64,000 bases of DNA from Acidobacteriota bacterium (GTDB lineage: Bacteria; Acidobacteriota; Terriglobia; Bryobacterales; Bryobacteraceae), in contig VFZW01000001.1 in NCBI GenBank assembly GCA_016871055.1, positions 2,561-66,560 on the forward strand, read 5' to 3'. A program made the translations under genes and the position numbers. Position 1 is the stretch's first letter. Every line of letters begins with the position of its first letter. Shown in pieces: positions 50,994 through 60,653 of this stretch. Under the pieces are notes generated by a model, which saw only the letters and a list, made by a program, of their open reading frames with translations, did no database searches and was not told the DNA's origin.

Positions 50994-53111
50994 GTGAAAA
51001 CGATCCTCTGCATCGCCGCCGCCCTGGCGGTTTCGGCGCAGCCGCCCAAGCTGAAGTTGTGGTCGCTACAGCCAGTGCAGAAGCCTGCCCCGCCGTCGCA
51101 ATCGGCCAATCCGATCGACGCCTTTCTGGAGGTCGAGCGCGCTGCGAGAGGGGTTAAGGCGAATCCACCCGCCGACAAGTTGACGTTGCTTCGGCGCGTT
51201 CACTTCGATCTTACAGGCCTGCCACCGTCGCCAGAGCAGCAGGTTGCGTTCCTGCAAGACGCGGGCGCCGATGCGTATGAGAAGGTCGTCGACCAGCTAT
51301 TGGCCGATCCGCAACACGGCGTGCGCTGGGCACGGCACTGGCTCGATGTCTTGCGCTACGCCGACCTCGACGGTACCGACGGCGGCGTCATGCCGGCGTC
51401 GCCAGGGATCTTTCGTTGGCGGGACTGGGTCATCAACGCGTTAAACACCGATATGCCGTACGACCAGTTCGTGCGCGCACAGTTGTTGGGGAATCGCCAC
51501 GGTGGCAAGTCGACCTTGAGCGTTTTCGGCACGCGAAATCGCCCGCAGGTAAATCCCCAGGATCAGTTCGCGCTGGGGTTTCTGGCGCGCTCGGCAATCA
51601 CGCGGAACGACCGCGACAACGACGTCGCCATTGCCGCCGTTGAAACCGTATCGTCCGCATTCATGGGCCTAACGGTTGCTTGCGCCAAGTGCCACGATCA
51701 CCGCTTCGATCCGATCGCCCAGCGCGACTACTACGCGATGAAGGCACTGTTCGATCCGCTGGTGTTGCGCGCTGTTTCGCTGGCATCGCCGAAAGAAATC
51801 TACGACTATGGCGAAGCGTTGGAGAAGTATCGCGTTGCGAAGGAGAAGGTCGACACTGCCATCGAAAAACTCGTCGAGCCGTATCACACCAAGCTTTTTG
51901 ATGAGCGTGTCGCACTGCTTCCACCCGACGTGCAGGCCATCGTTCGTAAGCACGATCGCGCGCGAACCGTCGCCGAGCAGAAGACCTACGACGACTACTA
52001 CCCGGTGCTCCGCATCGATCCTCCGAAGATGAAGGAGATCATGCCGAAAGACGTGATTGCCAAGTATGACGCGCTGTTGAAAGAGCAGCGGGGCGTGCGC
52101 GCGCCGGCTTCGCTCGAAGCGCACTGGGTCGTGGAAGAGGACGCGGAACGAAAGAAGAAGCCGACCTACATTCTTACGTCCGGCGATCCGACCCGGCCGG
52201 AGGAAGACAAGCCCGTTGCACCCGGCTTTCCTTTCCAGCCGCAAGGCGTCGATTTCCGCGACGGCCTACGCGAGACATTTGCCGAATGGCTGACCGCGAA
52301 AGAGCATCCGTTGTTTGCACGGGTGGCCGTCAATCGAATTTGGCAGTGGCACTTCGGCTCCGGCCTGCAGAAGAACCCAAGTGATTTCGGGTTGCTGGGC
52401 GGTCGCCCTAGCCATCCGAAGCTGCTTGACTATCTGGCGTCGTCGTTTGTCGAGAACGGTTTTTCCATGCGCTGGCTGCACCGCACGATCGTCACCTCGG
52501 ATGCTTACAAGATGTCGTCGGCGCCTACACCCGACGGCATGAAAGCCGATCCGGCGAACAACTACCTGTGGCGATTCCGCTTGCAACGCCTTGAGGCCGA
52601 ACCGCTCTGGGACGCATTGCTATCTAGTGCCGGCGAGTTGGATCTGACCATCGGCGGCAAGTCGTTTCGCACGCTCACGCCCGACGGCAAGCAGAGCATT
52701 TTTCTGCCACCCGATGGGACCTTCGAAAGCCACACGCAGCGCCGCGGCGCCTACATTTTGCGCGGCTACATTCCGAGCACTGAAGTGATGTCGAGCTTCC
52801 TGCAGTCGTTCGATGTCGACGACGGCCGCACGCCATGTCCGGTACGAACGCAGACCGTCACCGCGCCACAGGCGTTGTTCACGATGAACGATCAGATGAT
52901 CGAACATGCGTCGGCCCGGTTGGCCGCGCGGGCGGGCAAAGAGCCGTCGATCGACGGCGCGATCAAACGCGCTTTCCGCGAAACGATCGGCCGTCCGCCG
53001 ACCGCCGTCGAATTCGACCGCGCGTCCAGCTACGTCGCCGGTGACCGGGCGCGCCTGAAAGACCTCGGCTGGCTGCTCTACAACCTCGACGAATTCCTCT
53101 TCATCAAATGA
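50994..53111 (+). CDS. DUF1549 (PSCyt2) / DUF1553 (PSD1) domain protein
   Basis: Signal peptide, RRVHFDLTGLPPSPEQ (DUF1549), CAKCHDHRFDPI, C-terminal DUF1553-like region ending LYNLDEFLFIK. GTG start. Confidence 0.85.
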   Translation: MKTILCIAAALAVSAQPPKLKLWSLQPVQKPAPPSQSANPIDAFLEVERAARGVKANPPADKLTLLRRVHFDLTGLPPSPEQQVAFLQDAGADAYEKVVDQLLADPQHGVRWARHWLDVLRYADLDGTDGGVMPASPGIFRWRDWVINALNTDMPYDQFVRAQLLGNRHGGKSTLSVFGTRNRPQVNPQDQFALGFLARSAITRNDRDNDVAIAAVETVSSAFMGLTVACAKCHDHRFDPIAQRDYYAMKALFDPLVLRAVSLASPKEIYDYGEALEKYRVAKEKVDTAIEKLVEPYHTKLFDERVALLPPDVQAIVRKHDRARTVAEQKTYDDYYPVLRIDPPKMKEIMPKDVIAKYDALLKEQRGVRAPASLEAHWVVEEDAERKKKPTYILTSGDPTRPEEDKPVAPGFPFQPQGVDFRDGLRETFAEWLTAKEHPLFARVAVNRIWQWHFGSGLQKNPSDFGLLGGRPSHPKLLDYLASSFVENGFSMRWLHRTIVTSDAYKMSSAPTPDGMKADPANNYLWRFRLQRLEAEPLWDALLSSAGELDLTIGGKSFRTLTPDGKQSIFLPPDGTFESHTQRRGAYILRGYIPSTEVMSSFLQSFDVDDGRTPCPVRTQTVTAPQALFTMNDQMIEHASARLAARAGKEPSIDGAIKRAFRETIGRPPTAVEFDRASSYVAGDRARLKDLGWLLYNLDEFLFIK

Positions 53112-54463
53112 CCAATCGACGCCACTTTCTGCATCGCATGGCCAACGGCTTTCTCGGCTCGTCGATTGGCGCGTTATGGGCCGCCGATGGCCGCTTGCCG
53201 GGAGCTGTGTTGCCTGGCCAACCCAAGGCCAAATCGGTCATCTACCTCTTCATGTGCGGCGGCGTGAGCCACATCGATACGTTTGACCCGAAGGACAACA
53301 AACACGCGGGCAAGCTGATGGACGCCATCGGATTTGGCGACAACAACGCGCCGATGAAACGCCCCGTGATTCCGATTCTGCGTACGTTTAAGCCGTATGG
53401 AAAATCCGGGATACCGGTGTCGGACTGGTTTCCGAACGTGGGCGGAGTGATCGACGAATTCGCCGTCGTGCGTTCGATGTGGTGTCATCAAACGAATCAC
53501 TTTCCGGCGGTCATTGAACACGCCACCGGCAAAGCGGTGCGGCAGTTTGAGCACCCGTCGCTGGGCAGTTGGACGACCTATGCGCTGGGTTCAGCAAACA
53601 AGAATCTTCCGTCGTTTGTGAACATCGGGCGGCCTTCTTCGCCGGTGCAGTTGACCGGCGGTTACATCGGCTCGGCGCACGCGGCGACGCCTTTTCAAGC
53701 GGGTGAGACGCCAATCCCGAATCTGTTTCCGCCCAAATCCGCGAATCGCGCCGAGCGAGAAAAACAGATGCGTGCGCTGCTCGATTGGAACCAGGAGTTC
53801 CGCCGCGAGTTCGAACTCGACAGCGAGATCGGCGCACGTTTGCAGGCCTACGAACTGGCCGGCAACCTGATGCGCACAGCGCCGGCGATCGTTGATTACT
53901 CGAACGAACCGGAGCACGTGAAGGCGCTCTACGGCATCGGCACAAAAGCGACCGACGACTTCGGACGGCAGTTATTGCTGGCGCGCCGACTGGTCGAAAA
54001 CGGCGTACGTTTCATTCAGATTTGCCATGCCGGCGGCGGCAACGGCGCATGGGACTCGCACGACGACATGAAGCGCCACGAGCCTTTGTGCAAAGCGGTC
54101 GACAAGCCCATCGCCGGCCTGATCGCGGATCTGAAACAGCGCGGGCTGCTCGATTCGACAATGGTGGTTTTTACGAGCGAATTCGGCCGCACTCCGTGGT
54201 CGCAGAATACGACGGGCCGCGATCATAATGGCAAGGGATTCAGCACGCTGCTGGCCGGCGGCGGTGTCAAGGGTGGCGTAATCGAAGGCGGGACCGATGA
54301 AGTTGGCTACAAAGCGGTTGAGAAGCCGCACTACATCTCGGACCTGCACGCTACGATTTTGAACCAAATGGGATTGAACTGGGAAAAGATGGACTTCGAG
54401 TTGAACGGGCGTAAGTTCAAACTTGTTGAAGAGGGGACGGGACCGATACGCGCGATTCTTTAA
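53108..54463 (+). CDS. DUF1501 (sulfatase/phosphatase-fold) protein with Tat signal
   Basis: MTNRRHFLHRMANG twin-arginine leader, FMCGGVSHIDTFDPK, FTSEFGRTP, GRDHN motifs. ATGA overlap with the DUF1549/1553 gene. Confidence 0.9.
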   Translation: MTNRRHFLHRMANGFLGSSIGALWAADGRLPGAVLPGQPKAKSVIYLFMCGGVSHIDTFDPKDNKHAGKLMDAIGFGDNNAPMKRPVIPILRTFKPYGKSGIPVSDWFPNVGGVIDEFAVVRSMWCHQTNHFPAVIEHATGKAVRQFEHPSLGSWTTYALGSANKNLPSFVNIGRPSSPVQLTGGYIGSAHAATPFQAGETPIPNLFPPKSANRAEREKQMRALLDWNQEFRREFELDSEIGARLQAYELAGNLMRTAPAIVDYSNEPEHVKALYGIGTKATDDFGRQLLLARRLVENGVRFIQICHAGGGNGAWDSHDDMKRHEPLCKAVDKPIAGLIADLKQRGLLDSTMVVFTSEFGRTPWSQNTTGRDHNGKGFSTLLAGGGVKGGVIEGGTDEVGYKAVEKPHYISDLHATILNQMGLNWEKMDFELNGRKFKLVEEGTGPIRAIL

Positions 54464-55419
54464 TGCGCGAGCGCGCCCAAGCGAGTCACTCCCGCGGGCG
54501 AAATCGCAGTGCCGTACGCATAGACTCGCCGCAGCCCGGTAAGCGCCAGCAGTTCCGGCACAGCCGCGTCGTCGATCTTCGACGCGAGTCCCAATCGCAG
54601 TTCCCGCAGTGCCGGCATGCCAACTAAGGTTCGGATCGACTCCGCCGTCACCGGTTGCCTTGAGAGATCCAGAAACTCCAACGCCGGGAGCGCACGCAGC
54701 GCCGCGAGATCGCGCAGATCGGTCCGCTCGGCCTCGGGATGGCCGGGCTTGTCGATACCGCGATCGTTGATCGTCGCCGCTGCGAGCGACAAACGGCGCA
54801 GTCCTTTTAGTCCGGCGATGCGCGCCAGATTTTGTTCATTCAATGCCAGCCCCCACAAGCCGCTGTCGACGCGCTGCGTGCCGCCGGCATCGAGGCTCGT
54901 CAACGCGGGCATCGATTTCAGTACCGCCAAACAGGAGCCCGCCAGCCTGTTGCCGCCCAACGCCAGATGCTCCAACACGCCGAGCTTCAGCAGTTCGTCG
55001 AAGCCTTCATCGTCCACCTGCGTAAAGGCGACATCGAGCCAGCGAAGGCCGGTCAATGCGCCGAGGTGTGCGAAGACTTTGCTCGTCACCCGTGTGCCGC
55101 GCAAGTTCAATTTTTCGAGCCGCTTCCAACCGCGCAGGTGCGCCAGCCCGTCTTCGGTAATGTACTCGGCGTAATAGAGGTCGAGCTCGCGGACCTCCCG
55201 CAGCGCTCGCAGACGCTCTAGGCTGGTGTCGCCGATCTTCGTTTGGCCCAGGCGGAGCACGCGCAGTTTTGGCATCGCGGCAACCGCGTCCAGATCGGCG
55301 TCGGAGATCCAAGTCGAGGTGAAGTCGGCTTCGGTGACGTTGCCCTCGGCGTCGCGCGTTAGTCGGGCTTGATCGAGCGAGAACAAGGGCAGTGCCGCGA
55401 GGATGAGTAGCGCTTTCAA
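54460..55419 (-). CDS. Leucine-rich-repeat (RNI-like) secreted protein
   Basis: About 24-aa LRR periodicity (L..L..L.L..T.I.D.GL..L). TTG start at 55419 gives signal peptide (M)KALLILAALPLFS and a TTGA overlap with the upstream LRR gene stop. Confidence 0.7.
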   Translation of the reverse strand: MKALLILAALPLFSLDQARLTRDAEGNVTEADFTSTWISDADLDAVAAMPKLRVLRLGQTKIGDTSLERLRALREVRELDLYYAEYITEDGLAHLRGWKRLEKLNLRGTRVTSKVFAHLGALTGLRWLDVAFTQVDDEGFDELLKLGVLEHLALGGNRLAGSCLAVLKSMPALTSLDAGGTQRVDSGLWGLALNEQNLARIAGLKGLRRLSLAAATINDRGIDKPGHPEAERTDLRDLAALRALPALEFLDLSRQPVTAESIRTLVGMPALRELRLGLASKIDDAAVPELLALTGLRRVYAYGTAISPAGVTRLGALAH

Positions 55420-57326
55420 CTGCGCCTCCGATTGGGCAGGCTCGATGCCGCGTCCCAAACGATCTTGCAATGCGGAAGTGCCTTGGCGATCGCGTCGCGG
55501 CCCTTCGCCGTTACGTGCGTGTGATAGAGGTTCAGCAAACGCAGCTTGTCGAGCTTGATCAACTCCGGCACAGCCGCGTCGGTAATGTGGGTGCTGTCGA
55601 GGCTCAGCGCTTCAAGTGTCGGCAGCGCCGCCAAATGCACAATGGCTGCGTCTTCGATTTCACCGTAGTCGAGGTTCAGCCTGCGGATCTGCCTCAGTCC
55701 CGCAAGCGACTTCAGGTCCGGTCCTGCGATGCGCGTGCGCGACAGGTCGAGTTCCTCCAGCCCAGCCATTTGCCCGAGCGCGCCCAACGCCTTTCCGGTG
55801 ATGCGCGCATCGCGAAGGACAAGTGTCTTCAGTCCGGTCAAATGTGCGAGGCCGCCAACTCCGGCATCGGTAAGATCGGTCGCCGCGAGATTCAGCGACA
55901 AAAGGCGCGTCAGTTTTTCTAGCGCCGCGCCGTCGCCGATATCGGTCGACGCAAGCGACAACACGCGCAGCTTCGGCAACTCCGCAAGCGCATCGACACC
56001 GTTATTGCCCACCGGCGCGCCGTGCAGGTCGATCTCTTCCGCGGCGGTTAACGCACGCAGTCCGGGGCCTTCAACGTAGGTGTTCGCGAGCCGGGCTTTG
56101 CGTAGTTTCGCAAATCCCGCGAGTCCCTCATCGCCGATCGACGTACTTCCAGCGAGCAGAATTTCGATCGTGCGCGGCAGTAGCTTTGCGCCGGCGTCGC
56201 CAATTTCGGTGCCCTCGATGTTGATCTCACGAAGGCCGCTAATCTCGCCGAGCCGCGCCAAATCGCCATCCGCCACCGCGGTCGATGCAAGCGATACCGC
56301 GCCGTTCTCGACGCGGCCGCCAATCTTGCGAATCCATTCCGCGGCACGCGTGTTGGCGGCGATCACGGGACGGGGCCGCGGGCTTGCGTCCATGAGCAGA
56401 AACTTCGTGGTTGGGTGCGATGCCGCCAGAGTCGCTGCGCCGCGCGCGGTCACGCGGGAGTAGCGCAAATCGACGTAGCGAAGTTTAGTCAGTCCGCGCA
56501 GAGCGTCGAGGCCCGCGTTGGAGACGCGGGTGCGGTAGAGGTTCAATTCTTCGAGGTTGGTCAGCGCGCTCAATTGCCGCAGCCCGGCATCGGAGACATC
56601 GGTACCCATCAGGTTGATGCGCTTGAGACTGCGCAGGCGCGCGACCTGCGCCAACGCCGCGTCGGTGATCGCGGTGCCATGCAAATCGAGGTCTTCGAGT
56701 TCGGTCATCGTGGCCAGCGCGCGTGCGCTGGAATCGGTGACAAGCGTGTCGCCGATCCACAGCCGCTTCATCCGCGTCATCGACGCGAGCTTGGCCAGGC
56801 CGCTGTCGTCGAAGGGCGTCAGGGTCAGGTCAAGTGCGTGCAGGTTTACGAACGGCGCCAGCGATGCGCCTTTGATCGATGTCTGGCGAATCGCGAGTTC
56901 GTGCAGGTTCTTCAACGCCGCAATTTCCGCTAGACCGGCGTCAGTGAATCGGATGCGGTCAAGGAAGTGGTAGCTGAAGGTCAGCACTTCGAGCGTCGTC
57001 AGCCCGGAGAGATACTTCAACTCAGCGGAACGGTTCTTGCCGCCGTCGGCGTTGCGATTCCAAATCGGCCCGGGCAGGTGCAGTTCCTTGAGCGCGGCGA
57101 GACCGGTGAGCCGCTCGAGATCCGGCGGGTCGACGTTCATGCCAACCCAATCGAGCACCGTGACCAGAAAATCGCCGCGTGGAAGATCGGCGGCATCGGC
57201 GATGCGGCCGGCGCGCCCCGCAACTTCGACGCGACCGCCCATGAGGAGCGTGAACTCGGCGACGCGGCGGTCGACTTCGCCGCAGTGCGCGATGACAGCG
57301 GCGACGATGAAGAGGCTGCACTTCAT
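55416..57326 (-). CDS. Leucine-rich-repeat (RNI-like) secreted protein, large
   Basis: Signal peptide MKCSLFIVAAVIAHC, then more than 20 LRR units (LxxLxxLxLxxTxVxDAGLxxL). ATG at 57326 within ORF 55416-57416. Confidence 0.75.
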   Translation of the reverse strand: MKCSLFIVAAVIAHCGEVDRRVAEFTLLMGGRVEVAGRAGRIADAADLPRGDFLVTVLDWVGMNVDPPDLERLTGLAALKELHLPGPIWNRNADGGKNRSAELKYLSGLTTLEVLTFSYHFLDRIRFTDAGLAEIAALKNLHELAIRQTSIKGASLAPFVNLHALDLTLTPFDDSGLAKLASMTRMKRLWIGDTLVTDSSARALATMTELEDLDLHGTAITDAALAQVARLRSLKRINLMGTDVSDAGLRQLSALTNLEELNLYRTRVSNAGLDALRGLTKLRYVDLRYSRVTARGAATLAASHPTTKFLLMDASPRPRPVIAANTRAAEWIRKIGGRVENGAVSLASTAVADGDLARLGEISGLREINIEGTEIGDAGAKLLPRTIEILLAGSTSIGDEGLAGFAKLRKARLANTYVEGPGLRALTAAEEIDLHGAPVGNNGVDALAELPKLRVLSLASTDIGDGAALEKLTRLLSLNLAATDLTDAGVGGLAHLTGLKTLVLRDARITGKALGALGQMAGLEELDLSRTRIAGPDLKSLAGLRQIRRLNLDYGEIEDAAIVHLAALPTLEALSLDSTHITDAAVPELIKLDKLRLLNLYHTHVTAKGRDAIAKALPHCKIVWDAASSLPNRRRS

Positions 57327-57333
57327 GCTGGGG

Positions 57334-58113
57334 TTATCGTATCGCACCTTGGTCCCGCACCATAGCGCGGGAAAACTCCGCCTGGGAGCGCAAAAGCTCC
57401 GACGGCGCGTCGCCACCTATACGGCGGAAGGCGGCAATCAAATGCGATTGATCGTAGTAGCCGGACTCGGCGGCGATTCGTGACCAACTCCAATACTCAA
57501 ATGTCCGGCGAAGGCGGACGGCTCGCTGTAGTTGGATAATCAATCCGAGCGATTTCGGCGAGAGGCCGACCTGCTCGCGGAATAGGCGCTCCAGGTGCCG
57601 GCGCCCGCAGGCGGCGTTGCGGGCGATGTCGGCGATACGCGTGAACGGCGCGGCCTCGATCATCGAGACGGCAGTTGTCAACCGGCGATCAGGCGTGCGG
57701 CGCGGTTGCGCGCAGAGGTACGCATTGGCGGCGACGACGCGCGCCGCCATCGACTGAGCGTTGCCGATGCACTAGGCGAACGAGTGTTTCCAAACCGTGT
57801 CGAGCGCAACGATTCGACCGACTAGAAGGTCTTGCGAAAAACCCGTGAACGCCCACGCGCCAAACGGCCGGAATCGCACTCCAAACGCACACACGCTTCG
57901 GCTTGGCGTCAGCGTGACGGCGCGATCAAGTTGGCCCGCCCACAGTTGGCGGCCTTGGCCGGCGAACGGGTCGGCAAGGTGCACAACGATCTCCGAATGG
58001 CCGTCGGGCAGCAGCGGCTCGCCCTCAAGTGCCGCGTTGATTCCTTCCAGCGACCAGTAGCGATCGACCAGTGCGGAGAGTTCCGGCGCCGGGGCGTACT
58101 CGCGATAGTCCAC
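57334..58113 (-). pseudogene. AraC-family transcriptional regulator split by an in-frame TAG
   Basis: ORFs 57772-58113 (N-terminal sensor-like domain, MDYREYAPAPELSALVDRYW) and 57334-57750 (HTH_18: IADIARNAACGRRHLERLFREQVGLSPK...GYYDQSHLIAAFRR) are in the same frame. They are separated only by the TAG at 57772-57774. Confidence 0.7.
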
Positions 58114-58122
58114 GTAACTGTT

Positions 58123-58557
58123 TTAGCGCATCGAGAGTTTGTACCAACGGTCGGGCTCCGGCTTGGCCCACTTTCCATTACTCGCACTTTGCAGCATGAC
58201 AACTTCGCCTTGCTCGACTTCAAGCGGCTCTCCGACGGATGGCGCGATCGTCAACTTCGGCTTTCGGAGTTGAACTTGCTCCTGCTTTTCGACGACGGCG
58301 CGAATTACCGATTCCGACAATCCATGCCGCGCCAACTGCGCCAATGCATCGGCACTTTTGTCGAACTGCGTGCGCTTGTGTTTTACCAGGTCGACGAGCA
58401 GCCCTTCGCCCAGGCCCGCGCGCGCCAGCACCAGCAGTCCATCGTTGGTCAAGATGTGCCTCGGCAACGCCATCGATTCGGGATCGGCGGCAAATGCGGA
58501 CATGCACACCAGCAGCACTACGATTCTCTTCACGGGAATTCTCCTTTCTTTTCTCAT
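58123..58557 (-). CDS. Hypothetical secreted protein
   Basis: MRKERRIPVKRIVVLLVCMSAFAADP signal peptide. No family recognised. Lies 9 nt upstream of the AraC locus on the same strand. Confidence 0.45.
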   Translation of the reverse strand: MRKERRIPVKRIVVLLVCMSAFAADPESMALPRHILTNDGLLVLARAGLGEGLLVDLVKHKRTQFDKSADALAQLARHGLSESVIRAVVEKQEQVQLRKPKLTIAPSVGEPLEVEQGEVVMLQSASNGKWAKPEPDRWYKLSMR

Positions 58558-58603
58558 CGGCGGGATTCCGCAAACTTTAAGCATCTTCGCCGATAATCCA
58601 TTC

Positions 58604-59482
58604 ATGCCCGCATTCCTCCACCAGCCTTTTCACGGGGAGCCGGAACCCATTCGTGTGTCAGGGCGATGTGCCCTCGTTGCGCCTTATGTGCGTCCGGTGG
58701 GTGGTGATTTGCCCCCGGGCCTCACCATCGACGCGCGCGGCGCGTGGCAGGGGACGCCGACCGAACCGGGCCAATTTTCAGTCTTGGTGGAAATCGGCGA
58801 TGGGTGCTCGAGGCGGCGCGAAGTCCGCACGATCGAAGCCTTACCCGCTCCGGTGTTGACAGTGGAGGCGGACAAATTGAGCTATGAGATCATCCAAGGC
58901 GCGCCCGCATTCTAAGCGTCGCTGGTGCGCGTATCGAGTTCCGCGCCGGGTGTCGCCTATCGTGTCGAAGCAATCGATGCGCCGTGGTTGGCGTTCGACC
59001 AGCGCGAAGGCGCAATTCCATCCGATGGCCGTGCCTTTGAAGCCGACACGGTCCGTGTTCGTATCGATGCCTCAAGACTACTCTCCGGCGATCACAACGG
59101 CAGAGTGCGCTTTTCGACATGGCGAGGCGCCAACGCGCCCGAACTGACCTTGGCGCTTCGCGTCGCCCCGGCGACCTCCGCTTTGCCGGACCCAACGCCG
59201 ACGCCGATGACGATCGCTGCCCCGGCGATCGCTTTTGTCGAAATCGCCGCGCCGGTGCACATCTCACCTCCGGATGTGACGCCGCCGGCCGCGCCGAAAT
59301 TCCCCAAGGCGCCTCCGAAGCGAATCGTCAGACCGGGCGGCGGAGCGATCCGTTCGCGTGTCCTACCAATTCCAAAGGTCGTGTTGCCGCCAGCCAAGCC
59401 AGCCACGAAGGAACCGCCGCCGGAGCGTACCAAGCCATCGGCGATGCCGCCTGCCGCGCCGGAAAAGAAAGCCGCGCATTAG
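58604..59482 (+). pseudogene. Ig-like (He_PIG-type) / Pro-rich protein, possibly one gene split by an in-frame TAA
   Basis: LPPGLTIDARGAWQGTPTEPGQFSVLVEIGDG is a putative-Ig motif. ORFs 58604-58915 and 58925-59482 share one frame, separated by TAA at 58913-58915. A GTG at 58925 could alternatively start an independent ORF. The C-terminus is low-complexity and Pro-rich. Confidence 0.4.
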
Positions 59483-59494
59483 CTTCTGCCGCCG

Positions 59495-59977
59495 CTACTG
59501 CTTCCGCAAGCCCACGATCCGCATCATTTCATGGAACGCCGGCAAGCCGCCGGAACCGGCTTGCATATGCGCGACGTTGCCGTCGCGGTCGATCAGAATA
59601 TAAGCCGGAAGGCCGGCGTCTTCGAAGAAACGCCGCAGGTTCGTGTCGGGCGCTAGAACGATTCGCGCCGACCGTTTGTGCTCTCTGAGGTACTCCAACA
59701 CTTTTGGCTTCGGCTCGCCCGCGTTCACCGCCAGTACGACGAGCCCCTGCGCCGCGTGGTCGCGGATGATCGCCTCGACGCCCGGCTCGTCCTTGCGGCA
59801 GTAGCCGCACCAGGTCGCCCAGTGCTGGATCAGCACGACTTTATGCATCGTCGTCTCGCGGTTGAATGTCGCGCCGTCAATTGACTTGGCCAGGAAGCGC
59901 GGCATCACCTGCCTCGGTTCTCCTTGCGCGGCCGCCGTCGCGCTCGCCAGCAAGATCATCGATTCACGCCGTGTCAT
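59495..59977 (-). CDS. TlpA-like thioredoxin-fold thiol:disulfide oxidoreductase with signal peptide
   Basis: MTRRESMILLASATAAAQG leader and HWATWCGYCRKD CxxC motif. ATG at 59977. Confidence 0.85.
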   Translation of the reverse strand: MTRRESMILLASATAAAQGEPRQVMPRFLAKSIDGATFNRETTMHKVVLIQHWATWCGYCRKDEPGVEAIIRDHAAQGLVVLAVNAGEPKPKVLEYLREHKRSARIVLAPDTNLRRFFEDAGLPAYILIDRDGNVAHMQAGSGGLPAFHEMMRIVGLRKQ

Positions 59978-60017
59978 GACATCTCCTGAATCCAAGCTAT
60001 CATGCGTTTATTCCTTG

Positions 60018-60653
60018 ATGAGCCTCCCTCGCCTTTATCCGATCCTCGATACCGCCGTTTTGCGGCGCGGCGGCGTCGATCCGCTCGAAGCCGCCGCCGG
60101 CATGATCGAGGCAGGCGTTGTGTTGCTTCAGTTCCGGCACAAGGAGCATTTTTCCCGCGATGTGTTTGAAACGTGTGCGCATCTGGCTGTGTTATGCGAG
60201 CAGGCGGGCGTGACACTGGTCGTCAACGACCGCTGCGACATCGCCCGGCTGCTGAACGCTCACGTTCACGTGGGCCAGGACGATCTGATGCCCGCCTTCG
60301 TGCGGCAGTTATGTGGGCCGGCTGCGATTATCGGGCTCTCCACCCACGACGCGGCGCAATTAGAAGCAGCCAACCGCGAGCCGGTCGACTATCACGCGAT
60401 CGGACCGATTTTCGCCACGTCGACGAAGGCGAGTCCCGACCCCGTAGTCGGGCTCTCGGCGTTAAGGGAACTGCGAAAGATCTCCGAGCGTCCGCTGGTG
60501 GCGATCGGCGGTATCACGCTCGACAATGCGCCCGGGGTGATCGAGGCAGGCGCCGATTCGGTGGCCGTCGTGTCTGCTCTAATTCCTGAAAATCCGACAC
60601 GAATGAGTATTCGCGAAAGGACCGCAGAATGGCTGAAGACACTCAACAGTTAA
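60018..60653 (+). CDS. thiE: Thiamine-phosphate synthase
   Basis: LYPILDTA, LLQFRHK, VNDRCDIA, HVGQDD, IGLSTH, GPIFATSTK, VAIGGI. ATG at 60018 within the longer ORF. Confidence 0.9.
   Translation: MSLPRLYPILDTAVLRRGGVDPLEAAAGMIEAGVVLLQFRHKEHFSRDVFETCAHLAVLCEQAGVTLVVNDRCDIARLLNAHVHVGQDDLMPAFVRQLCGPAAIIGLSTHDAAQLEAANREPVDYHAIGPIFATSTKASPDPVVGLSALRELRKISERPLVAIGGITLDNAPGVIEAGADSVAVVSALIPENPTRMSIRERTAEWLKTLNS

Noticed and set aside
54460-57326. Regular ~72-nt periodicity that could suggest a repeat array or CRISPR.
   Set aside because: The periodicity is the 24-residue leucine-rich repeat of two long ORFs. The units are degenerate at the DNA level, and there is no repeat-spacer architecture and no cas gene.
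59978-60017. A TPP riboswitch expected upstream of thiE.
   Set aside because: Only about 40 nt separate thiE from the divergent thioredoxin-like gene. That is too short for a THI-box aptamer, and no CUGAGA-type core was seen.
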